Shown here: one piece after another, positions 1 through 9,333 of the stretch
Numbering within the stretch: position 1 is the stretch's first letter
How the letters are laid out: each line of letters opens with the position of its first letter
Assembly (NCBI GenBank): GCA_049115715.1
Contig: JAGDZQ010000007.1
Span: forward strand, 35,714-99,713
Source of the DNA: Cyclobacteriaceae bacterium
GTDB taxonomy: Bacteria > Bacteroidota > Bacteroidia > Cytophagales > Cyclobacteriaceae
Length of the DNA stretch: 64,000 nt
Direction: 5' to 3'
Position numbers and translations under genes: made by a program
The notes under the pieces: generated by a model
What the model was told of the DNA's origin: nothing
Seen by the model: the letters and a program-made list of their open reading frames with translations, nothing else
The model's database searches: none

Positions 1-160
1 AAAAAACGGAATCAAATCTTGTTCCCTCATTTTTCAATTGATCGCCCAGAGCCCTTATTTTGTTTTCCCCTCTGGCTGTCAAAGGACGTTCGAAATCTTT
101 GATCCCGTATTCAGGTAAGGCAGCTTCGCCATGTCTCAAAAGAAATATTTTTCTGACCAT
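1..160 (-). CDS. sixA: SixA-like phosphohistidine phosphatase, 5' part (runs off window start)
   Basis: Manual translation from ATG at 160: MVRKIFLLRHGEAALPEYGIKDFERPLTARGENKIRALGDQLKNEGTRFDSVF. It has the RHG motif and the D-x-x-R-P-L-T-x-x-G motif. Not in the ORF track. Confidence 0.8.
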   Translation of the reverse strand, partial: MVRKIFLLRHGEAALPEYGIKDFERPLTARGENKIRALGDQLKNEGTRFDSVF

Positions 161-291
161 CTTTGCGGAAATGTGTTTGTGATAGAGCAATTAAGTATTA
201 AATATGCGTCTATCAAAGAGTCAGCATTAAACTAATTAAAATATTTCAAGATATTTTAGCATCGATTTTTGAAAGATAGAGAAGAGAAGGA

Positions 292-2610
292 ATGGCAAAA
301 AACCTGGTAATAGTAGAGTCCCCTGCAAAGGCGAAAACAATTGAGGGGTATCTTGGTAAAGAATATATAGTCAAATCTAGCTACGGTCATGTAAGAGATT
401 TACCAAAAGGAGATAAAGCAATAGACATTGAAAATGGCTTTAGCCCAACTTATGAAGTTTCTGCGGATAAGAAGGATGTCATCAGAGAGCTAAAGAAGCT
501 AACCAAGGAGTCAGAAATGATTTACCTGGCAAGTGATGATGATCGTGAAGGAGAAGCGATTTCATGGCACTTGAAGGAGGCACTGAATCTCAATGACAAT
601 AATACCAGAAGAATTGTATTTAGAGAGATTACAAAAAACGCAATTCAGAATGCAATTAAAAATCCTCGAGGTATCGATATTGACCTTGTCAATGCGCAGC
701 AAGCGAGAAGAATCCTCGATAGATTGGTTGGCTTTGAGCTATCTCCAGTCTTATGGAAAAAGGTAAAAAGAGGTCTTTCGGCAGGAAGAGTACAGTCTGT
801 CGCTGTACGTCTGGTAGTGGAAAGAGAAAGAGAGATCGATAAATTTGACACAGTTTCCAGCTTTAAGATTACCGCGCATTTTGATTTAGATCAGGGAAAA
901 GTTTTACAGGCTGAGTTAGGGAAGAAATTTAAATCGGAGGAAGAAGCTCAGGCATTTCTAACGAAATGTACGGGTGCTGATTTTCAGATTAATAATTTAG
1001 AAACCAAGCCGGCAAAAAAGAGCCCAGCTCCTCCATTCACTACATCTACCCTTCAGCAAGAAGCAAGTAGAAAACTAGGATACTCCGTCTCTTATACCAT
1101 GTCTCTCGCCCAAAAGCTTTACGAAGCGGGTAAGGTCACTTATATGAGAACAGATAGTGTAAACCTATCGCAAGAGGCAATATCAGGTGCTAACGCCGAA
1201 ATTGGGTCTGCATACGGGAGTGATTTCATCCAAAACAGGACTTATAAAACAAAATCTCAGTCTGCTCAAGAGGCTCACGAAGCAATCAGACCAACAAACT
1301 TCAACACACATTCCCTTGGGGGGAGCTCTGCTGAAGGAAGACTATACGAGCTCATCTGGAAGAGAGCAATAGCGTCTCAAATGGCAGATGCCAAATTGGA
1401 AAAGACAACTGCTACGATTGGTATTTCGGGTGCGGAAGAAACACTCGTTGCAAGAGGTGAAGTAATCAAATTCGAAGGATTCTTAAAAGTATATCTTGAA
1501 TCCACAGATGATGATGAAGACGAAGAGCAAAAATCAATGCTTCCTCCGCTTAGCATCGGACAGAAGCTTGAGTTGAATAGAATGATCGCCAAGGAGGGAT
1601 TCACAAGACCTCCGGCAAGATATACTGAAGCCAGTCTCGTAAAACAACTAGAAGAAAAAGGAATAGGAAGACCATCGACCTACGCTCCTACAATATCCAC
1701 TATACAGAAAAGGGAATACGTTGTAAAAGAAGAGAGGGACGGAAGAGAAAGAGAATACACTGAGATGGTGCTTGCCTCAGAGAAAGTCACTAAAACTGTA
1801 AAAAAAGAAATCACAGGTGCTGAAAAGAATAAGCTCTTTCCTACCAACATCGCAATGATTGTAAATGACTTTCTGGTAGAGCATTTTGACAATGTTGTTG
1901 ATTACTCTTTCACTGCAGACGTGGAGAAGGAATTTGACAATATCGCCAACGGTGGCAAATCATGGGAGGAAATGATCAAATCCTTCTATGGAAAATTCCA
2001 TACAAAAGTTGAAAATACAGAAAACATAGAAAGAGCCGATATCTCAGCTGCAAGAGAGCTAGGTGTAGATCCAAAAACTGGTAAAAACATCTATGTTAGA
2101 ATGGGTAGATATGGAGCCTACGTACAGCTTGGAGAATCTCCCGAAAACGAGGAAGATGAGAAACCTCAATACGCGAGTCTGAGAAAAGGTCAGTTCATTG
2201 AAAACATCTCTTTTGAGGAAGCTATTGAATTATTCAAGCTACCTCGAAACGTTGGCGAGTTTGAAGAGAAAGTAATGACCGCCGCGATTGGCAGATTTGG
2301 CCCTTATATACGTCATGACGGCAAGTTTGTCTCTTTACCAAAAGACAAAGACCCTCTTACGGTAACTGCTGAAGAAGCCGTTGAACTAATAATGGCTAAG
2401 AGAGAAGCTGACGCAAATAAATTCATCAAAACATTTGATGAAGACCCTGAGGTTCAGGTGCTAAATGGAAGATACGGCCCTTACATCAAGTTTGGGAAGA
2501 AAAATGTGAAAATCCCGAAAGACAAAGTCCCAGAAGACTTAACCTTTGAAGAGTGTAAAGATCTTGCGGATAAAACTCCTGAGAAGAAACCTAGAGGAAA
2601 GAAAAAGTAA
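292..2610 (+). CDS. topA: DNA topoisomerase I
   Basis: LVIVESPAKAKTI TOPRIM start, SAGRVQS, catalytic-region TYMRTDS, AHEAIRPT, C-terminal GRYGPY/GRFGPY repeats. Confidence 0.98.
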   Translation: MAKNLVIVESPAKAKTIEGYLGKEYIVKSSYGHVRDLPKGDKAIDIENGFSPTYEVSADKKDVIRELKKLTKESEMIYLASDDDREGEAISWHLKEALNLNDNNTRRIVFREITKNAIQNAIKNPRGIDIDLVNAQQARRILDRLVGFELSPVLWKKVKRGLSAGRVQSVAVRLVVEREREIDKFDTVSSFKITAHFDLDQGKVLQAELGKKFKSEEEAQAFLTKCTGADFQINNLETKPAKKSPAPPFTTSTLQQEASRKLGYSVSYTMSLAQKLYEAGKVTYMRTDSVNLSQEAISGANAEIGSAYGSDFIQNRTYKTKSQSAQEAHEAIRPTNFNTHSLGGSSAEGRLYELIWKRAIASQMADAKLEKTTATIGISGAEETLVARGEVIKFEGFLKVYLESTDDDEDEEQKSMLPPLSIGQKLELNRMIAKEGFTRPPARYTEASLVKQLEEKGIGRPSTYAPTISTIQKREYVVKEERDGREREYTEMVLASEKVTKTVKKEITGAEKNKLFPTNIAMIVNDFLVEHFDNVVDYSFTADVEKEFDNIANGGKSWEEMIKSFYGKFHTKVENTENIERADISAARELGVDPKTGKNIYVRMGRYGAYVQLGESPENEEDEKPQYASLRKGQFIENISFEEAIELFKLPRNVGEFEEKVMTAAIGRFGPYIRHDGKFVSLPKDKDPLTVTAEEAVELIMAKREADANKFIKTFDEDPEVQVLNGRYGPYIKFGKKNVKIPKDKVPEDLTFEECKDLADKTPEKKPRGKKK

Positions 2611-2613
2611 ATT

Positions 2614-2645
2614 AAAAGGGATTCAAATTTGAATCCCTTTTTTTT
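2614..2645. terminator. Bidirectional intrinsic terminator between convergent topA and Fic gene
   Basis: Perfect 28-bp palindrome AAAAGGGATTCAAA|TTTGAATCCCTTTT (2614-2641) with A- and T-tracts on both sides. Confidence 0.85.
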
Positions 2646-3708
2646 AGACCATTTTCAAGTGCTCTTCAAGTGAGGCAATTGAAGCGTCAATAACCAACTC
2701 ATAAAAAGGATCAGGATTGTTATTAATCTGAACATCCTCCAGCGCACGATAGTAGGCCAATCTATTAGTTAGATCACCTTTTATATTCGTCAATGTGTAC
2801 CCATTCTGCAAAAGAACCATGTTCATCAGTAAACGTGAAGTTCTGCCATTTCCATCTATAAACGGATGTATGCTAACCAATCGCTCATGAACTTCAGCTG
2901 CTAAAATCAGCGGATGCAAACGATTCTTTTGATTCTTATAATGAATAAAAAAATCTTCCATCAACTTATCCAAAAGAAAAGGCTGAGGTGGCTCATGCTT
3001 ACTCCCTCCGATTCTTACAGGCACCTTTCGGTACGTCCCAGCGTTTGGAGAGTCTACACCTTTCAAGATTAAAGCATGCAGCTCAAGAAGGTTTCTTTTT
3101 ATCAAATCTTCCCTTTTTGTGATAAGGTCGCTCACAAACTCCAATGCCTCTAGGTGATTAATAGCTTCCAAATGCTCACGCATGGACTTTCCTCCAATAG
3201 TTAAGCCCTCATTCACTACTAAATGAGTCTCCTGAAGAGTCAAAGTATTCCCTTCTATCCGATTACTCTCATAAGTGTTTTCAACATTAAAAAACTCCTG
3301 CATCTTTCTTAGCTGAGTCTCTTCCAGAGGTCGATTTACTCTCCACTCCCTTTTAAGTTGATCTGCATAATCAAGCTTTTCTCTTAAAGCAGAAGAAATC
3401 TCAGGTACCTCAAAGGTTTTGGAACTTGCGAGATACTCAACCCTGCTTTCAGCTACAGCTAGCACTTCAAGCGCATCTGTCTCGTACTGAACTACCTTGA
3501 CTACTTTTTCAGCCAACCATTCTATTTTCAATTTTGAAAATTCTATTTCCAAGATTGACGCCAAGGAATTTAACTGATCGTGAGTCGGGAATCTATCTCC
3601 TTTTTCAAACTTGCTTATCAACGCTTGATCAATATCTAAAAAAGAGGCTACTTCTCTCATCTTAAGATTCTTGCTTGTCCGAGCATTTCTCAACGTATCC
3701 TTAAGCAT
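2644..3708 (-). CDS. XRE-type HTH-Fic (AMPylase) fusion protein
   Basis: N-terminal HTH (MREVASFLDIDQALISKFEKG), intact Fic motif HPFIDGNGRTSR, inhibitory-helix motif SNRIEGN upstream of the Fic core. Confidence 0.9.
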   Translation of the reverse strand: MLKDTLRNARTSKNLKMREVASFLDIDQALISKFEKGDRFPTHDQLNSLASILEIEFSKLKIEWLAEKVVKVVQYETDALEVLAVAESRVEYLASSKTFEVPEISSALREKLDYADQLKREWRVNRPLEETQLRKMQEFFNVENTYESNRIEGNTLTLQETHLVVNEGLTIGGKSMREHLEAINHLEALEFVSDLITKREDLIKRNLLELHALILKGVDSPNAGTYRKVPVRIGGSKHEPPQPFLLDKLMEDFFIHYKNQKNRLHPLILAAEVHERLVSIHPFIDGNGRTSRLLMNMVLLQNGYTLTNIKGDLTNRLAYYRALEDVQINNNPDPFYELVIDASIASLEEHLKMV

Positions 3709-3741
3709 TTTATCTTCTCTTAAAAATTGACTAAATTTAAC

Positions 3742-3758
3742 ATGACAAAAATAGTCAT
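3742..3758 (-). promoter_or_regulatory. Candidate promoter -7 box and operator of the XRE-Fic gene
   Basis: The minus strand reads TATTTTTG (Bacteroidota TAnnTTTG, 3745-3752) inside the inverted repeat ATGAC-N7-GTCAT. Confidence 0.45.
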
Positions 3759-3771
3759 AATTTTAGAGATA

Positions 3772-3797
3772 AAAAAAGCACAGATGTCTCTGCGCTC
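3772..3797 (-). terminator. Intrinsic terminator of dnaN
   Basis: Minus strand GCGCAGA-GACA-TCTGTGC followed by T7. Confidence 0.7.
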
Positions 3798-3806
3798 AAT
3801 TTTATC

Positions 3807-4931
3807 TTATACCTGATTATTCAGCATCACTGGCATTACAAGCATCAGGATGTCTTCATTCTCATCTTTGTCATTAGGAGTAATGATACCAGCACGGTTT
3901 GGCGCGCTCAACTTCAAAGTCAGATCATCAGCATCCAGATTACTAAGCATCTCGATAAGAAATTTAGCATTGAAGCCAATTTCGATATCTTCTCCATCGT
4001 GCTCGCAAGCTAATCTCTCGTTTGCCTCATTTGAAAAATCTAAGTCTTCTGCCGAGATCATCAGCTCACTTCCAGTAATCTTCAATCTTACCTGATGAGT
4101 AGTTTTATTAGCGTAGATAGCAATCCTCTTCAAAGAACTCAATAATGCGCCTTTATTGATAACCATCGAATTATCATTATCAGCAGGGATTACATTTTCA
4201 TAATCAGGAAAACGCTCGTCTATAAGACGGCAAATCATCTTCACATTATTGAAATTGAAAAAAGCGTTTGATGCATTAAATTCAACATTCAAGTTTGTGT
4301 TCTCTGAAGGCAAAGTAGTCTTCAACAAGGTGAGTGCCTTTCTTGGAATGATCATGTTATGCCCCATATCTGAGGCAACATCCACTCTTCTATATCTAAT
4401 CAATCGATGGCTGTCTGTAGCCACGAAAGTAGTATTGGTTTCATCTAGTTTTACATAGACTCCTGTCATAGCAGGACGGAGCTCATCGTTGCTGGTAGCA
4501 AAGATTGTATTGTTAATTGCCTGAGCAAGCACGCCTGAAGCCATATTTACAGAGTAGCCATCTGATACAGCTGGAATCTTAGGGAAGTCCGTAGCATTCT
4601 CACCAGACAACTTATAACGCCCGTTATCTGAATTGATTTCAATACTATACGTATCTGCATCAATAGAGAAAGTCACTGGTTGTTCAGGGAGATTTTTAAG
4701 AGTCTCCAAAAGTATTTTTGCAGGGATAGCAATGCTTCCATCTTCCTTAGCTTCTACCTCCATCTCGGTTATCATGCTAGTCTGAAGGTCAGAGGCGGTT
4801 ATGGTAAGAGTTCCTGATGATATCTCAAATAGAAAATTTTCAAGAATAGGTACCACAGGATTCGTCGTAATTACTCCATTAATAGTCGAGAGTTGTTTCA
4901 GGAGATAAGAAGAAGAAACAATAAATTTCAT
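3807..4931 (-). CDS. dnaN: DNA polymerase III beta sliding clamp
   Basis: 374 aa; PILENFLF, ATDSHRL, RFPDYENVIP, IGFNAKFLIEML, LVMPV C-terminus. Confidence 0.98.
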   Translation of the reverse strand: MKFIVSSSYLLKQLSTINGVITTNPVVPILENFLFEISSGTLTITASDLQTSMITEMEVEAKEDGSIAIPAKILLETLKNLPEQPVTFSIDADTYSIEINSDNGRYKLSGENATDFPKIPAVSDGYSVNMASGVLAQAINNTIFATSNDELRPAMTGVYVKLDETNTTFVATDSHRLIRYRRVDVASDMGHNMIIPRKALTLLKTTLPSENTNLNVEFNASNAFFNFNNVKMICRLIDERFPDYENVIPADNDNSMVINKGALLSSLKRIAIYANKTTHQVRLKITGSELMISAEDLDFSNEANERLACEHDGEDIEIGFNAKFLIEMLSNLDADDLTLKLSAPNRAGIITPNDKDENEDILMLVMPVMLNNQV

Positions 4932-5118
4932 GCGTGTTGTTTTTATTTTAATCGATTTATCGGAACTTCAATTCGTTCGCTACCAAGTTGATAAGATTAT
5001 TTGTTTCTTAGGTTGGTGCAATTCAAAAAACAACAATTCCAATATATGCCAGTTTTCGAATTCGATTTGGGCGTCAAATTTAAGAACAAAAGTTGATAAA
5101 TCAGCCTTAAAGTATTAC

Positions 5119-6015
5119 TCACTCTTTAAGTTTAAAAGAGTCGTGATTCAAGAGAATATTATTTACCCGATTTCTATCGAAAATCATCAATTCATCTGCC
5201 GAGTTTTTCATTAGATGAAACCTTTCATTGGCAATAGCCGGATATATGAAAAAACGTTCTGGGGTGGAGTAATTGATAGATTCTAAAGTCAGAATAGCCA
5301 AAGGATCCGTAAGTGAAAGGCTATCATATCTCTCAAATCGTCCATGGCTTATTCGCTCGTTTGTCTGAAAGTACTGAAACTGATTTAAATAATCCACTAC
5401 CAAGGTAGAATCGATCCTATCAATACCTTCAATTTCAAAAAAACGATCTGAAAAGGCTATTTGAAAATCATCAATATCGTTTGCTAAATAATTGACATCT
5501 AGCTTTTGGATCGTTCTCCAGCTTCCATTGTAGACTAATCTGTCACGCCATTGATCCATGTGCAGCTCAAAAATACCTCCTAGGTAATCTCTATAGCCTG
5601 GGATCTCAACCTCAAATGATTGGCCATCGATGGTGAAAAAAGTTTTGGTTTTAGTAGCGTTTCCGGATACTAAAAACTTTTTCCCATCCAAATCAACTGT
5701 AACCCCATCGACCGACGCATCAGCGACTGGCCTTTTCACTTTGACTTTTCCCAAAATAGAGAAAAGTAATCTTCTCAAACCTTGGTCAACTGCATATCGG
5801 CCATTGAGTTCCCAACCGTCTTCCGATCTTGTCAATATAACATCGGAGACTTCTCCCTTCAAAGAAATCTCTCTTATCAAAGATGTATCCTGAACCGCAA
5901 ACATGTTTTCATCGAAAGATATCTGAGACTTTCTTTCAGGAAGAAAGAAGAAAATCACGTTTACACTCAGGAGAATCAGTGCCAAAATGAACAACAATTT
6001 GTTTTTCCTTTTCAT
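5119..6015 (-). CDS. Membrane-anchored protein downstream of gldG (DUF4340-like)
   Basis: N-terminal basic stretch plus TM helix; overlaps the gldG stop by 1 nt. Family assignment is tentative. Confidence 0.6.
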   Translation of the reverse strand: MKRKNKLLFILALILLSVNVIFFFLPERKSQISFDENMFAVQDTSLIREISLKGEVSDVILTRSEDGWELNGRYAVDQGLRRLLFSILGKVKVKRPVADASVDGVTVDLDGKKFLVSGNATKTKTFFTIDGQSFEVEIPGYRDYLGGIFELHMDQWRDRLVYNGSWRTIQKLDVNYLANDIDDFQIAFSDRFFEIEGIDRIDSTLVVDYLNQFQYFQTNERISHGRFERYDSLSLTDPLAILTLESINYSTPERFFIYPAIANERFHLMKNSADELMIFDRNRVNNILLNHDSFKLKE

Positions 6016-7700
6016 CAGCCTCTGTTTCTCTTTTTTCTCAAAACTGCTTTACCAAAACCAAAAATTAAAAGTAGTACCATCGGTAAAGCAAGGTTGATTA
6101 CCTGCCATTTCGTTCGCTCCTTTTTTACCTTGACTTTGTCAAGTGGTCTTATTTTAATCTCTTTGGTTCTTGCCTGAACAACACCTTCCTCATCCAGTAG
6201 ATAATCAATCAGATTTATGATCAAATCCTCATTTGCATATCTGGTCTGGCCATACGGCTCCACTCCTAGTGCAAGTGGATTCCCATCTTTAGGATCAAGT
6301 TCATTTACGATTAGATCTCCATCGGCTATCACCACAACTTTAGAGTCTGCACCATCGCCGATCATCTCATTTCTGTCAAATCCCTTCGGGGGAAATTTGT
6401 TTTTATACAAAGAAGTAAATGATCCTTCTAAAAGGTAGCCAACAGCTTTAGGCCCGGACTGAAATTTATCAGGTAGTAATTCTGATTTTAGATCATTGAA
6501 ACTAACCTGCACCGGAGATCCCAGAACCTTAGTATGAGCAGAGGTCAGCATCAAAGGAGTTTTCTTTATGCCGACAGCCTTTACCGTATCCATGGTAGAT
6601 CCAAATCTCAACATGACTGCATCTAGATTTTTCATTATAGGATGATCACCGTAATTAGTCAATACAGGAAAGTATGGCCATGGAAGCATACTAATTCTAG
6701 GCTGATTCCCAACGTTACCTGCTACTATGGGCATATCTCCGCAATTCAAATCAGCGACATAATCAAGGTTAATTCGGACGCCATATTTGAAAAGCAAATC
6801 GTTTAGATTCGTTTCATAGGGAATAGCAACAGTACCATCGCCAAATGCGCTATCCATATTTACTTTCAATGCGTCAAGGAAGAACATAAGCTTACCACCT
6901 TTCATGAGATACTGATCTAAGAGATATTTTTCATCGTTTGAGAATTTTGATGTAGGTTTTGAAATTATCAAAAGGTCATAACCTGTGATTGAAGTTTTTC
7001 TGCTTGGTAGATTCAATCTAAATAAGTCGTATTTAGATAAAACCAAATTCGTAAGACCTGCGATTTGAGACGTATCTGGTTCGTTGTGACCGACTACAAG
7101 CCCGACTCGCTTCCTCCTCAGCTCTGACAATTGAATTAAACCACTTGCCAGTTCATATTCCAACCCTTCGATAGACTGGTTGATCATCTCGTCCGGCGAG
7201 GTTGTTCTATTTCCTTTTAGTAAATTGATTCCTATCTCCCTTCCTCTGTAACTCAGAATTAGCCCCGGAAAAACCCACTTCTGAGAAGTCTGACCATCCT
7301 TTTTATAATTCAAATCAGTCGGTTGTAAACCTCGATCGATTAAGCTTTGGTAATACTTATTCCTTGCTTGTGAACTTTGAGCTACGGATGGATCAATGAA
7401 TTTATAGTTGATGTTCGTATTAGAGTAGATAGCAAACTCATCCAAAGTTTCACGAATCGAATTTTTAAATCTCACAAAATTGGACGGAAGCTCTCCTCCC
7501 AAATAAACCTCTATGTAAATCTCATCATCCAATCTGGAGAGCAAGTTTTTGGTCTGATCCGAAAGACTAAATCTATTTTCTTCGGTCATATCAATTCGGA
7601 CTCTAAAAGAGCTGGCCAATTGAAATATCAAAGACACTACCAGTAGCGTAGTGACTACCTGAAGTATAAGGTTGAGTTTATGGCTATTCCAGTCGATCAT
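6015..7700 (-). CDS. gldG: Gliding motility ABC transporter auxiliary component GldG
   Basis: RIDMTEENRFSLS, IEVYLGGELP, EGLEYEL, VVIADGDL, EIKIRPLD; follows gldF. Confidence 0.93.
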   Translation of the reverse strand: MIDWNSHKLNLILQVVTTLLVVSLIFQLASSFRVRIDMTEENRFSLSDQTKNLLSRLDDEIYIEVYLGGELPSNFVRFKNSIRETLDEFAIYSNTNINYKFIDPSVAQSSQARNKYYQSLIDRGLQPTDLNYKKDGQTSQKWVFPGLILSYRGREIGINLLKGNRTTSPDEMINQSIEGLEYELASGLIQLSELRRKRVGLVVGHNEPDTSQIAGLTNLVLSKYDLFRLNLPSRKTSITGYDLLIISKPTSKFSNDEKYLLDQYLMKGGKLMFFLDALKVNMDSAFGDGTVAIPYETNLNDLLFKYGVRINLDYVADLNCGDMPIVAGNVGNQPRISMLPWPYFPVLTNYGDHPIMKNLDAVMLRFGSTMDTVKAVGIKKTPLMLTSAHTKVLGSPVQVSFNDLKSELLPDKFQSGPKAVGYLLEGSFTSLYKNKFPPKGFDRNEMIGDGADSKVVVIADGDLIVNELDPKDGNPLALGVEPYGQTRYANEDLIINLIDYLLDEEGVVQARTKEIKIRPLDKVKVKKERTKWQVINLALPMVLLLIFGFGKAVLRKKRNRG

Positions 7701-8422
7701 TTTTTTAATCCTAGAATTAATTTGGTCAACATAAGAATGATAGTGGTCGTGCCAATAAAATAGGCAAGATCGATAAGGTCGATAAGCCCCCTACTCATCG
7801 AGGAGTAGTGCTGCATAATTCCGAGATACGCGATAAAGGAAGACCATTTTGACCAAAGATTAATACTTGCAATGGAATCAAAACCTGCATAAAATAAGAA
7901 ACACAGAAATGCGGATAGAATAAAAGAAACAATCTGATTACCTGTCAATGCAGAGGATAAAATACCTATGGATGTAAAAACTCCTCCAAGAAGCAATAAT
8001 CCAAAATACGAACCTATGATTCCTGGTGTATCCATATTGCCAACTGGGTTTCCCAATTGGTAAAGGGAGAAATAATAAACCAGAGTTGGCAAAACGGAAA
8101 AGAACACTAAGAAATAGCCTGCAAAGAATTTACCCAAGATCACATCAATTTCCTTAAAGGGGAGTGTATAGAGCAGTTCCAAAGTGCCATTCCTTTTTTC
8201 CTCTGCGAAGGATTTCATAGTAATAGCTGGTATCAAAAACATGAAGACATAAGGACCTAAAGAAAAAACAGGCTCCATACTTGCATATCCATAATCCAAT
8301 ACATTAGTATCGGGGAAGATCCACATAAGCAAACCGATCCCTACCAGAAATACGCCAATCACAACATACGCGATCAGTGAATCCAAAAATTCGTTGACTT
8401 CTTTCAGAAATATGCTGATCAT
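7697..8422 (-). CDS. gldF: Gliding motility ABC permease GldF
   Basis: KEVNEFLDSLIAY, PAITMKSFAEEKRNGTLELL, ILGKF, SRGLIDLIDLAYF. Confidence 0.93.
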   Translation of the reverse strand: MISIFLKEVNEFLDSLIAYVVIGVFLVGIGLLMWIFPDTNVLDYGYASMEPVFSLGPYVFMFLIPAITMKSFAEEKRNGTLELLYTLPFKEIDVILGKFFAGYFLVFFSVLPTLVYYFSLYQLGNPVGNMDTPGIIGSYFGLLLLGGVFTSIGILSSALTGNQIVSFILSAFLCFLFYAGFDSIASINLWSKWSSFIAYLGIMQHYSSMSRGLIDLIDLAYFIGTTTIILMLTKLILGLKK

Positions 8423-9333
8423 ACTTTCTGATTTTGAGTAAGACGATGAAAGATTTCCTCCAAGGATTTGTGCGCTTTGGTGAGGCTCAAGAGAGGCAAG
8501 TCGTTTTCAGAGGTAATCTTTAAAAGCTCAGCTCTTAAGTCCTCTCTTTCGGACTCTATTAGATAGGCGTTCTCCCCATACATATTAGCCTCAAATCCAC
8601 GAGATTCAAATAATGTAAGGTCTACTTCTTGTTCAAAGGTCAGAATAATACCATTTGATTCGTTCATGCCTTCTTTCAACTTGCTCAACTTATCATTTGC
8701 GACAATCTGCCCTTTGTCGATAATGACCACATTGTCACAAATAGCTTCTACTTCCTGCATGATGTGTGTTGACAGAATCACCGTTTTATCTGCACTGATG
8801 TTTTTGATTACTTCTCTTATTTCAAGAATTTGATTAGGATCAAGACCGGTAGTTGGTTCATCGAGAATGAGAACTGATGGGTTGTGTATGAGAGCTTGGG
8901 CTAGTCCCACACGCTGACGATAACCCTTGGAAAGCGTCCCTATTTTTTTACTCCGCTCTCTCTCCAACCCAACTATGGAAATCATCTCTTCTACCCTACT
9001 TTTTAGTCGAGAACTTTTTAATCCATAGGCCGCTCCGATAAAGCGAAGAAACTCTCTCACATACATATCCAAATAAAGTGGATTATGTTCGGGTAAATAT
9101 CCTGTGAGTTTTTTTACTGCGAGCGGGTTCTCTGTTACCGATACTCCATCAAGCTCTACTGTTCCCAAAGTCGGTTTCACATAGCCTACTGCTATTTTCA
9201 TGGTGGTGGATTTACCCGCTCCATTCGGCCCAAGAAACCCCGTAACCTTACCCTTGGGTGCATTGAAGTTGATTGTGTCCACAGCATATTGTGAACCATA
9301 CATCTTGGTCAAATCCTGAATTACTACAGACAT
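8419..9333 (-). CDS. gldA: Gliding motility ABC ATPase GldA
   Basis: Walker A GPNGAGKST, GYLPEHNPLYLDMYVREFL, LSKGYRQRVGLAQAL, LDEPTTGLDPNQ. Confidence 0.93.
   Translation of the reverse strand: MSVVIQDLTKMYGSQYAVDTINFNAPKGKVTGFLGPNGAGKSTTMKIAVGYVKPTLGTVELDGVSVTENPLAVKKLTGYLPEHNPLYLDMYVREFLRFIGAAYGLKSSRLKSRVEEMISIVGLERERSKKIGTLSKGYRQRVGLAQALIHNPSVLILDEPTTGLDPNQILEIREVIKNISADKTVILSTHIMQEVEAICDNVVIIDKGQIVANDKLSKLKEGMNESNGIILTFEQEVDLTLFESRGFEANMYGENAYLIESEREDLRAELLKITSENDLPLLSLTKAHKSLEEIFHRLTQNQKV

Noticed and set aside
4930-5214. 94-aa plus-strand ORF between dnaN and the gld operon
   Set aside because: Overlaps both neighbours in antisense and spans the dnaN promoter region; no motif.
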